Program-made: the position numbers and the translations under genes
Notes under the pieces: generated by a model
Database searches by the model: none
Told to the model about the DNA's origin: nothing
What the model saw: only the letters and a program-made list of their open reading frames with translations
Shown: positions 25,201 to 38,021 of the stretch, piece after piece
Numbering within the stretch: position 1 is the first letter of the stretch
How the letters are laid out: each line of letters starts with the position of its first letter
NCBI RefSeq assembly: GCF_964355755.1
Contig: NC_092676.1
Location: forward strand, 22,648,871 to 22,712,870
Source: Antedon mediterranea
Taxonomy: Eukaryota; Animalia; Echinodermata
Length of the DNA: 64,000 nt
Reading direction: 5' to 3'

Positions 25201-28200
25201 ATTGAAAAGCTCACATCTGCTATATTAGACGGCAAATCCCAATCGACATAACTTCTGAATACAGTCATGACTTTGTATTGTACCAAAGAAATATTGTAGT
25301 TATTGCACACAGTAGCTAGTTTGAACAGTTCAGCTCTTTGTGTTCAATAATGAACGGTCTGCTAAATAGGCAATCTCATACAATAGGAACGTGTTTGCTA
25401 AAAGTCTGGCTAATGCCTTGCAATAATAACGAGTTTTACGATAAACGAGAAATCGTTTAAAAATAGTAGGCCTACTACAACAAGGGGTGCGAAATATAAG
25501 CTGCAGGTTCTCATCCCTAGATCATGGTTTAATGTTACGATCATTCGTGAAAACACCTCACGATGAAAGAAATGTGCGCGCTTTACAATAGGCTAACGCC
25601 ACAATGTTACAACATCATGCTATATTACTTTGTAACCATAAAGAATACTGAAGTAAATTTAAAACGTTGATAATGAAGAAAAGGAGAGTCAAGATAATAG
25701 GTTCAAAATAATGAGGTCAGACTGGAATAAAGAAAAGAATAGTGGTAATGAATGCAACCATCCGAAAAACACTGAAAGAAGAAAGTATTTACTGCAGCTA
25801 TAAGCCTAAACATACAACTACGTCTAATACAAAAGGAATAGCATCGTATTTTTGTAGGTTATCGTTGAAACTTATTTCATAAAACAAATCCTTTTTAAAT
25901 AAAATTCTGCGTACGAATGCGATCCCCTGAAATAAATATTACTTGGGGACGGACATGAAAATTCTTCAGTAAAGAAAAAGAAAAACGAAAAGCGCATGCG
26001 TTTCCAGGGACGAGGTAAATTGAAACTGGTAAAACGTTGGAAACCCGAGTTAATGGTAGGCCTACAATAGTTTAAAATGGTAAGGGTTTCTGTAATATTG
26101 ACCGACGGAAAGACTAGTAAATTACATTCGGAAGTAAGGGCTTGTAGGCCTACATTGTAACAGAATGATAATAATGTAACTTGTCAATCAATCAGTAGGC
26201 CTATAATTGAAAGACACTCGATGTTCAATAGGTCGACACTGAATAAATCGGGACTATCGATGATTGCAGCATATTTCTTTAGAATACTTTCTTGGCCTAC
26301 TACACAGGCTCTTTGAGGAAGATTTAACTGAGGTGTATGGCTAAAATATACGTGTTGAGTTTGACAGCAATCATTCTCAAACAAAAGACACATCAGACAA
26401 GTATCATAGGTCCGAATATGTATCATTTCCAACAAGGCCATCATGGCTGCAGTCGCGTGCTCAAATTTGAGTTGCCATGTTTGTGACCTGCATGTGACGT
26501 GTATTTTAAGACATACGCCTGAATCACATGATTTGCTATCACAATAGAACACGCCTAATGTTGAATGTTGTACCTCACATGTTTATGATTGAGGTACAAC
26601 TTCCTCTTACCACGAGATACTATATCCTGTACAAACAATGGTTGCACACGTGTGAATGCAATGTTATCGATGTAGTTTGAATACATAGCCTTAATTGCAC
26701 ACGTGTGAAATACAATATAATGTTTTAGTTGTTATAACTACATATTTTAAGAATAGTTTTCAGTATTTACGCGTGGTGGAATGTTGAAATTCGCAGTAAT
26801 CGTAATACCAACGCTGTTTGCTCAATAAATAACTTGAGTAAACAAATAAGTTAGCAATTTCAACACACACATAACTTTAACATTAAAAGGCAAAATCAGC
26901 CTTTTCGCTTTTAAAGCGTCCGGTTACTAAAATCAAGGTTTTTTCGCGCCTGCTTACATGGAAAAGCAAACATTTCCCTTTCCCTACACCGTGAGACACA
27001 AATAACGAAAAGAAGACGTTTTAGTGGAACACCCCTACCGATCAATGAGACAGTCCACATTGTAATTAAAATATAGGCGTAATCGTTAGACAGATACTGC
27101 TTTCTTTGTTTAAAATATATGGGCAAAATTGCAAAAAGTCACAAATTGTGAGATAAGATAATACGACGAAATAAGCATATCCGGTTTATAATTGATTATT
27201 GAGTGTACAGTAAGTACCCTTGAAGGTCTGAATAATATCAGAAACTGAATAATTTAAGATAAAATAAAACAATGGTAGTATACTACGAGAGAGACGTTTC
27301 AATCTTATATTGACAATTTACAAGAAATGTTCCAAGATTCTTGAAAATGATAAGCCTAGATCGAAACGTCGAATTCTTAATAATTTGTTTCGTTTATCGT
27401 TTAGGAGATAAATATACCTCCCTGGAATAACAAGGCAATGATTTTTATAAATTCATGTATATTTTCAGATTGAGACAATGTAATAGTAATACGAGGGAGC
27501 CGAGTCGGTTTGTTATTTTATACCGAATTCTTAAATGCGTTGTTAAGGCTTTGGTATAGTTGTCTGGCCTGTTGATGTATGGATTACCACTTTAGACCAT
27601 TATTTTTGAATGTAGGCTATACGATGATCTATTATATTTATAATGGATTTAACATTTTGTCGACGTGTTTTATAACAATACATAAATGATTTTGGATTTG
27701 GGAATACAAACCTAGTCTACCAGGGTATTTCATGACAATTGGCAATGTTTACTGGTAGGCTACATGCATTCCTAGCCAAGTGGGGCTATCATTTTATTAG
27801 AGGTCGGATACTATTTTTAAATTTATGGCACGCCAACTTTGTAAAAAGGTTTAATTAACGTGGCACATGACAAACAAAGGCAATGCCAACTGACAGGTCA
27901 AAAATTTGAAGAAAGAATCCAAATATAATATCCTGTGGCCATATGCATATTTTCCTTAAAATATTAAGTAGTTCACTTAAAGCCAATATATATTTAGGTT
28001 TTCACTGTTTATTAAGTGTCCCTAGCCTAAACCTGTGTGTATGATACGACCTGTTCTACTGTGGTGAACTAACGAATACAGTACACCGTGGTTTTTAGGC
28101 TCCCATGAACAATTCCGAAACACTTCACCCAAAACAAGGGCAGCAAATTATTCAAGGTTATTGATATTAACAATGAAAAAGAAAGACCCATCATGGTGCA

Positions 28201-31200
28201 CCGAATTTGGGAAAAATGGCTCTAATACATATACAATCTATTACACTACATACATACAGTATTCGGAATACGGTTCATTACGAGATACGAGACTCATCTT
28301 ATCACATGACAATTACGTAATTGCTCTGTTGCGAGTTTCATAATAGGCCTATTATTAACGAAAAATCGAAAGTCGATCGACAAGAAAAAAAATCTTTGAT
28401 TCTCCGAAGTTATGAGGTTGTTTTTAAAATTGTATATAGGCCTATATCAGGTAAATTCTGACATCAATGCCCAAGCATTTTTGTCCTCCATGGTCACCCT
28501 ATCGTACTTAAGTATGAAATCAGAAAATCGGAATTTGTTAATTAATTCCAAATGATAGTGACAACATAATTGAATGGTGCCGTTGTTGACAGCAAAGGTA
28601 ATATCAAAATCTGAACAATTATCTCTCGGGTGACGCACATTTTGAGAATCTAGTAGGCCTATAAATTATTCTGATTGTATCGCCTTATCCGTGCCCGACT
28701 TTCTTTCTAATTTCTATGTTGTTGCTGAAACAGTTCTCTCGTTGGCGAGTGTTACCTTCATGACGTCATAATGTTAATGTAAACCTAACCCAAACCTACT
28801 TTTGTTACAACTATAAGTATACTAGACGAGATACAAAAAGTCCACATGCAAATTATTTCTGAACCCAGCAGAAACATATCTATTTCTTCAAGACTCTAAT
28901 CTAATCGCCAAATCTAGAGACATTCAAAAAGGACAAAACGAAGAAGATAGATTCAATCTGCTTAATTTTATGACAGGTTGTAAATAGGTCAAGTCAATAG
29001 GCTTTATTTCCATTCGTTTGTGGTGTAATAAGGAGAACATCGATTGATCACGTGCAATATTGAAGAAATTGACTCGATCCACGATATTGGGTGGAGAAGA
29101 CGGGGATGATGGGAATATAAAGGCTACGGTACTATGTAACGTGCCGATGGGAATGGGTGACGTGGACACCTTGCATAAGCACATGTGATGGTACACTAGG
29201 GCGTAGGCCATACCACAGGAAGGAAGCCGGGGCCATCGTCCTAGACATCTATCTAATCTTCTGTCTGCATGCATACACGCCTATAACACTAGCTTTTAAC
29301 TGTTCATAATTACAATTATGCTTCCACATGGCTCAGGAAAACTCATTTATTAAGAAAATATAAAAATATAAATGACCTCATTAATTGACTGACCTAAGAG
29401 GTGTAACTCGTTGAATACTAATGAGAATAAATAATACTATAATAAAATAGCGTGAAGATGAAATAAGCGAAGTTAAAGCCATCAGCGAGTGCATTATACT
29501 CGGGGGAAATAGTGAACAAAGGGAAAAGCTTTAAACCAGAGATTGTGTACTCAGCAACCGGAAATATACATCTATACTCCTGGATCAACACCATGTCTTT
29601 GTTCCGCTTAAAATAATACAGTACAATACATCATGTAGCTTTTTCATTGCCTTAAAATCGCAAAAGCATGGTTATTGGAGTTATTTTTTAGTTTATTTCC
29701 TGCAACTTACAGAACAACAAAAACAAGAAAAACTTCAAGAATAATTTTAAAAATATTTTTAATGTAAAATCGGACAAAATATATAAATAGAAAAGTAAAA
29801 AAAACTAAATTAATAATTTAGGTATACGGTAATCTGTAAATAAATCTGATTTTAAGAATATTAGGCCTAAGTAAAAATATTTAAAAAAAGAAAAAAATAG
29901 ACCTGCTTTAAATAGTAATTGTAGTATCACGATTGGCAAAGCAACATTGGGAAACAAAAATTGGATAAATCTATCATTAATAAATAATTGAATTTTAACC
30001 TGCACATAAAACGATTTTGTAACAGATTTTCTGTAATGAACAATACATACACGAAGGAAGTAAAAATTAAACTGTTATGACGTATTTGCTTAGAAAGATA
30101 ACGTATATAATGATATTTGTCACAGCGATTACTAAAAACGTATTTATCATTCGAATAAACAATCGAGTAGTTCTGCATATCTAAAATTTAATATGCTTAA
30201 TTACAGATTCAGATAACGCATCTGGACGTTTGATATAAAATTGTAATGACATATAAAATTATATATCAATGGAATGTATAAATAAATGCATCTGTCGGAA
30301 TTATGGACTGTCAAACTGGAAGGTATTCGGCATTATGTTAATAAAGAATACAATAAATAACCTAAACCTTCACGGCATGCACCGGTGATTTCCAAAAAGT
30401 ATTTCAAACCACACATTCTTTTATCAATAACAATACAATCAGACCAGGGTACTCAGTGTTTTGACACTAGATGTGCTTTATGCTAAGGCCGGTATTAAAA
30501 CATTGCAACAGATCGTTAGCGTATGTACATTACTGTTTCATGAATTATGTTTGTATTAAATAAATATTTATGTGTGTAACGCATTGGATTGAATCAAGGA
30601 TGTAATGAAGAACACTCTGACTTGTATACGTCTTGTTGTAGTACCGAAACTATCAAGATAATTACCAATGCTAAACATATACAATTCAATAATCAATATT
30701 CAAGTAATTCCAATATATTCACGGCTCCGTTCCCCCAAAATTAAAGGGCTAGTAAATACAGTAAAACCCCTAAGTGTACTAAGCCTATTAAAAGCATACT
30801 CGTTATTTATTGGGGTCAAATCATCAAGAATAACCCCTATCTAGCTTTGCGTCGACCCCACCCATCTTACTATCTTTGTCAAACGTGTATTTTTCCACAT
30901 CTGACGAAAACTAGCGACGATTGCGAAATAAAGTGACAATCTGTTCGCTGCGGAGGAGCACGTGACTAAACCATGATGCCCATCCCAGTTGTACGCAAAG
31001 TAGTTGCAGATTGAATAACTTTCGAGCATTTTTTACATTTTTTCTTCTGATTCATAAACAAAATTTAACAAAAACACCACCGTAAATATACGTAAAATTC
31101 CGTTTAAACAATACAGGCTTTGTTTCATGAAGAATCGTAACGTTTCCGTTAATGTTATGATAAACAGTTTACCAAAAAAAAAACACTCATTATTATAAAA

Positions 31201-31365
31201 ACTCCAAAGCACACGGGAATAAAATGATCATTATTCTACGATAGATAAGCATATGTAAGCCTAATTCAACGTGAATTAATGAAGTTAATTATACAGAATA
31301 TACAAAAAAGTTCACGTGTTGTAAAATACGCTACATTTAACAATTATTATAAGAGTAACGCTTAC

Positions 31366-31767
31366 CTTGATTATAGGCATTCCATTCTTTTCTGATTTAT
31401 CCGTTCGCTTAAAACAAGACAATCCCTTGTGTTTGTTTTTCATTTTTTCCCAGCCCTCTTCATTTGAATCAGCGTATGATAACAATTTTTCGAAATCTTC
31501 TTCAACGAATGGGTTTTCTTTCGGAGCTTCTAATGGGTTCTCAGCCGGCGTTTCACTCGGCTTATCGTCCGCTGCGCCTTCTGCACCGGCAGCTTCACCG
31601 TCTGTTTTGCCCTCCTCTGGCTTTTCTTCCTCGGTTGCCTTAGCTTCTGTACTTTCTCCATTCTCAATGGGTTTGTCTGCCTCCTTTTGAACCTCTGGGG
31701 CAGGGGTAGATTCCTCTTTTTTTTCTTCTACTTCAACTTCAGCGGGCTTATTACTTTCGTCTGCCAT
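31366..31767 (-). CDS. Gene C coding exon 1: START-domain lipid-transfer protein, StARD10/PCTP-like (396 aa; complement join 31767-31366,15182-15146,14784-14685,14267-14121,13141-12976,12802-12464)
   Basis: ORF 31312..31767 with aatcATGG start context, acidic N-terminal tail, then the START N-terminus (EEGWEKMK...MPIIK); AAG/GTAAG donor, phase 0. All six exons join in frame (1191 nt). Confidence 0.88.
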
Positions 31768-32159
31768 GATTTCTTAGGGCGTGTACCGTGCAGTGAAGAT
31801 TCCGAGAGCTTGTGCTTAATAGTGAAAACCTAATTGCAAATTCTGACACATGCGCAGTCTCATTAGCCAGGGCCGTCTATTTTTCGCAAGGGCTCGGCTT
31901 GCTTGCAAAATGTTCAATCAATCCACTGCTTTCTTTACTGCACTGTATGTAGTATATCGTTCAGTACTATGTATCTACTGAAGGCGCATAAATGTATATA
32001 AATAATATAAACGAATCTATATATTATTCCTCAACACATGCGTGACTAAATATTCGTTGTATGAGCAATTAGAATTAATTAATTCATTAATAGGGTGTTG
32101 AATAAATAAAATGAACAGTGCAAGTGTGCGTGAACGTGGCTATGGAGAGGGCTTGTGGA

Positions 32160-32258
32160 AGGAGGGAGCGATAGGGGGAGGGGGAGGTGGGGTCCCGGAC
32201 AGGGATGTTGGGGTCCCGGGGCAGGGGGATGGTGGTGTTCCGGGGCCGGGGATGGGAT
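32160..32258 (+). other. G-tract cluster (potential G-quadruplex) about 0.4 kb upstream of the gene C start
   Basis: About ten runs of 3-5 G within 100 bp, with a repeated GGGGTCCCGG unit. Confidence 0.5.
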
Positions 32259-35149
32259 TAGTATTTCGTATACAATTACTTTATTAATAGTACTACTAAT
32301 AGTAATTTTTTTTTAATTTTGTGGGTTGGGGGAATGGAAGCTGGGCTTACGAATTTGGTTAGTAACATTCAATCTGGGCCTCCAACGTTAATAACAGGTA
32401 TTTACAAGGTCAGTTTGCCCTCTTACTACAGCTCAGCTGGACACCCGCCCACTATGTGTGCTGTAACTAGGCTACCCCTGATTGGGCCACACACACCCTC
32501 CTTGTACCCCGCCAGCAATTCTTGCACTAAAAGCTAGTTACTGTCACTTTTGATATAAAAGTCCCATATCATGTGTTTGTATACAAAAAAATCATAATTA
32601 AATTGAGAAATGTTGAAATGTGGGGGAAAATGAATAGTGTAGGCCTATCATTATTAGCCTATGCGTGGTTATAACGCTAAACGTCTTGTAGCGCAACGTA
32701 TTATTTATATTAAATTATCCCCCGGGCCTGGAACCGCCTCTAAAACGTTCTATTCTAAAAATTATTTAAACAAATTTTAAATTAAATATTAGGCCTAGGC
32801 CTATATTTATTTTGGCTCCACCAATGATAGGCCTAATCATAATAATTATATTTATTATATCAATGACAAAATGTGCAAAAGTGGAGTACAGCAGCTCAGA
32901 TTAGGTTGATTTGCGACACTTGCGTTTAAAGATTTCTAGGGTACAAATTTTAAGTAGGTAGGTCACCGTATTTGATACGTGAAAGTTAACATACTTTATA
33001 GGGTACCACTTAGTAGGCCTCAGAAGGTAAAACATAAGTAACAAAAGAAGAGTATTAATAATTTTATCATTAATAAATAACATGCGTGGGTGCAATGAAA
33101 ACAGTTTAACCATAGTTTAAAATCGAAACATCAGAAAAGTAAAATTGAAACCGTCGTTTAAAGAATTCGGTAATAGCAATAACAACAAAAATCCTCCTAA
33201 AACCCTACTTCAACCCAAAATTTCGACATATTTTACTACCGTAAAGAAATTTATATCGTTACATTCCTCAAATTGATTCTTGCAAAAGGTCAACAGTTTG
33301 AAGCGAAACAAAACTTTTGTGTTGCCATGGTTATCGATAATTTATCACAAGACGTGAGCGGGAAGGTGGTGAAATTGGGCAGGTAGCAACCGTAGATCAA
33401 TTTGCTGACCTCACACCTCGTGTTTGTTTGTTTTGATTTCTTTTACCAGTACAGGTACATGATTTACTTTTAAACGTACTTCTACCAAAAAGCACTACGC
33501 ATGTGCAGTAATATTATTTCTAACAGATGTTTAATGTAAATGCCTAAACTATCTAGACTGTAAGATATTAATATTTTATAAGGTTGATAATAATGACATC
33601 TGTTATACTGAAGTATTGTGGTAAACGTTAAAGTCATCATAATTATCACTGTACAGGTGTTTGGATTAGGACAAATTTCATAAATATTACCAGAATTCCA
33701 AAATTCAAAGGTAATATAATCGGTCAAACACAGTAAAATTATTTTAATATTTTAACAAAAAACATGTACGGTCTAGTGTTATTGTACTATTAAAGCAGCA
33801 CTCTTATACCAGAGGAACAACACAGGTATTATCCCTCGATTGCATTTAAAGAGGGCGCTATTATGATTTTGCAAATCGAAAGCGCGGACCGGATGTGCGG
33901 ACCGGATGTGCGCATAAAAATCCGCGTACTTTTTACGCACGTGTCTAATGCCAACTCACGCGTTTCATACTGTGTACTGTGTATACTGTGTCTACGATAT
34001 TAAATGGTTTATAGTGTTAAACAGAGCATTATACAAAACTAATCTATTATTTCAACATAGGCCTACGGTAAGTCATAACTGTATGACTGAGTACCGTATC
34101 ACTAGTAGCACGAGCATAATCGATTCTGTTGGATCGCTTCCCATTCTTATGATCTAATAAAGACGCCGAAATGTTACTTCCTTTATAGACCGAATAACAA
34201 TTTAAAGTATAATACGCGTATTCTATAATGATGATTTTGTTTTTGTAACTTTTGTTATTTGCAATTTCATACAATATACGTCTGTACTAGAAGGGGAAGA
34301 GGGTGGGGCTCATTTCGAATGCAAAGCCGCAATCGATAAAAAAGAAGCGTCCAATGCCAATAGGCAGTTAGGCATGGCCTAATATGTTATTCATGTCTTA
34401 TTAAGTGCATTATAGGATAATCAGAACAACATGTATATTAATGTTCCATAACATACATTAGTATAAATATGTCATAATAAATAAAGTCTTAAATATCACA
34501 ATGGATTGATGTATGATCGTGACCTTATCTTAAATTGATGTCAAAACGCACATAGCTTGCTTAGTTAATTGAATAAGGTATTGGAGCAGACAACACATCT
34601 CACAGGTTTTAATCAATAACCGCCTTAGAGAGCAGTTAGTACTACACTCATAACTACGTCATCGCCTTCGTCATAGTGGAGGATGCCATTTACTGTCAGA
34701 AAAAGTAAAACTCATCATAATCAAACCATCGTGATCATCATTAGGGGTAGTCCTACGTTAGGCTACCGTACGTACGGTATGGTTCTGCCTTTCAAAACAC
34801 GAAAAAATACATTAAATAGGTTTATTACAGTGATAATCCATTTATTATTAAATAAAAATGTGAAAACCACAACACATTAATTTGTTATGCTAAATCATGT
34901 TTTTCATACTTATTACAATATTATAAAAAAGTATTGATATACAGTAATATTGTATCTCTATGGTAAATTCTATGGTTTCTTTACATAGGCCCTGGTACAA
35001 ATAAAAGTGGTGTATGCCTATAAAAATTTTTTAAAGAAACTAAAGTTCAAATTCATATTTTTCATAATTTAAAGGAATATATTCATTAATTAAAGAAAAT
35101 TGTTATAAACAATCATGGAGGAATAAATAATTAATCCACCCTATTTTTT

Positions 35150-35402
35150 TCCGACTCTGTTGAAGTTTCAGCCAATCAGAGCACGAAGATCTTTTTCGAC
35201 TGTGTCGTCACGATTTAGGCAGACAATCAAAAGTACAAACTCAAGATCATGGATGGATGCTGAAAGTGTAATATGTTCTAATTTAATTGATTAATTGAAG
35301 AAAATCATTCTCTTAGGAATTATAAATGTCCAGCATGTATAGCCATTAAATTGTAAAGGTCACCAAGCAGTCATTCACTGCAAAATTCGGATAAAGGTAA
35401 GT
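35150..35402 (+). promoter_or_regulatory. Candidate promoter and non-coding first exon of a + strand gene
   Basis: AGCCAATCAG CCAAT box near 35170, CGTCAC CRE half-site near 35205, local CpG cluster, and a perfect AAG/GTAAGT donor at 35396/35397. No coding frame. Confidence 0.35.
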
Positions 35403-38021
35403 TTATAACTAGGCCTCTGTCTAATTAATTTCAATTGGGGGCCTAAGCAGCAAGGGCCATAGACCCAGCCTGCATAGACCTGCCTGAGATGTTGTGAGCC
35501 TTGCGCTAATGTAGGACCACTCTCTGCTAGTACAACCTCAAAGATTTGAAATTTATGACAGACTCCATCATTTGGTTGGGAGGGAAGAAGGGGTGTGCGA
35601 GTGGTTAGACGATTTTATTGACAATACAATAATTGTAGCACCATTGTTTTTTCAATTGTTTTCAACAAAAGTATGCACACACTTTTTTTTCTTCTTTTTT
35701 GCCGGATTAAGTAAGTTTATTGTGACGGTTTGAGTTGTAGTGAAGTTTTCATCAACAAGGTCTAAATTTATTATTGTTAAATATCCTGTAATTGGCCATG
35801 ACACTTGGATGTAGAATTGAATTAAATAAAATAGACATGGTTTGATGTGACTATTTGATGGCAACATCTTGCTGCCTCATCCTTAGGATGGGATATAAAG
35901 CCATTGGTTTTGTATAGTTACATGCATGTTGAATTAAAGAACTTGGAGTGTGCTGATCTGGGTAGGCATTGCACTGCTGGTGAGTCCATATAGGGCCTAA
36001 TCCAAATTTTATCAGAGTTAAGCATAAAGACGATTATAATTTACATTTACAGTAGGCTTACTGTGCTGGTTATAGGCCATATTGCAAGTCCTTGCATAAC
36101 AACCATGCTACATTTTGGTAGTGATCAGACAACCATAAATCACACTATTTCGTGTTCACTGAGTTGTAGGCCTCTACAGTGAAATATTAGGCATTCATTT
36201 ATTTTCATATTATTATCATTAACACTGATCAGTCTCTGGAATGTTTTAAATCTCTCCAATAGAATTATTTGTTTATCCTTTTTTTATTATTTACACAAAG
36301 TAATATCTTTCATGCATAAATGCATATTAACCTTGAAGTGATTCAATTAACCATATTAAATTACTTTGTAAGATGATATAACCATGGAGTAGCTCCATGA
36401 TGCAACACATTTTATATTGAAACCCAATAATGACATCAACATTAACAATGTAAATATTGACTATGTTATGTTAATTGATGTCCAAATTAATATTATTTAA
36501 ACACTAACATACTGCTTGTCTATTATTACTTAACTTGGGTTAATCAGAAGATAAGAATAACAATAATATTGATAGATTATTTTAATAAGCAGCTGAGTGG
36601 TGATTGAGAGAGCTACATACAATAGTATATAGTATTATGGCCGGAATTAATAGTTTTCCAATTAATTAGTATTACACTTGATCTGATTGGAGGCTGATTC
36701 AGAGAGGGGGAGGGGTAAGGAGGTAAATCAGGCACTCCCCTAAAATTTAATTAAAAAATAAAAGTTATTGTTACCCCTATTTCATAATTGGGTACAAGGG
36801 AGAACCTGATCTCGGGCTTTCTATATTTGGGAAATACAATGGTTTTTTTATTGGCAGATAAGATATTGGAGGAAAGGAAAGGGGGGTCAGTTAGAGGGTG
36901 GGATTTATGTAATTGTGATGACAAGACAATAGTTACTGTATATGAATTTAGAAAAGAAGTAAATAATCATAGAAATAGTAAAAAAAAAAGACTTAATGTT
37001 TAAGTTTAGAAAAAAAAAACATCCCAAACTTAATATATAGGCACTTCTTCTAAATCATCTCTGAAATAGTGTTATTTATATTATTAGGTTAAAAACAAAC
37101 AATTTCTATTGTTTGTATACTATTACTACATTATAAAAATATACATTACTGAATTTAGTTTTAATATAATTAAGAAAACACATTTTACAATTTTTTACTA
37201 GCACACATAATAAGTAATAATCACCAGATAACAAGTTTGGATTAATTATATAATTGCTTGTAAGATGAATTAAGAACGTTCTAATTTCTTACTGGAGAAT
37301 CAATCTAAGGATAATTCCCTCTTTATTGTCATTTCAGCTCTTTCTTCTCATCAGCAACATTTATACATAAATCATCATCATCAGTAAATAATAAATAAAG
37401 TCGTATGTAATTTCCTCCTAAACAAAACATAGTTTTGGATTTAAAAATGTTCTTGTTATTTTTTAGTTTTTAAAGAATATTATATTTCTATTTCAGTTTC
37501 TGTTTACCTCAATTAGAAATTTAAATACATCATGTTAATCTCAAAGAGATGCCATCTCATTTATTGAGTATTTGTTTCATTTATATCTACTGTAACTTGT
37601 TCCTTATTTTTATATTTTCAATATCAATACTAATTAACATTCAGTTCAACTAAAGTATTATTTTGTTAATTTTAAAATTAAATACAAATTCTCTTTGAAA
37701 AAATAAATCTAATCTTGAGTTGTCACAAAAATATTTTTTTTGCATAGATTAATTAATTAAATTCATTGTAAAAATAAAGTTGTTTTTCTTCAGAGTATAT
37801 CTTAATTTCTTTACAAAGTTTAAATTTATATAAATATCTTTTTACATACCAGAGTTAGTATATAAATACAGTAAATATTTTTCTTGTATCATAACAAATT
37901 CAATACAATACAATGCTTTTTTAATATATAGTAAATGCATTACATCTTTCAATGCATACTGTATATATAATATTCCATTATCAATACAGTAAATTGAATA
38001 TCTTATTCAAATGCATAATAT

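Noticed and set aside
31367-31690. + strand 107-aa ORF
   Set aside because: Antisense shadow of gene C exon 1.
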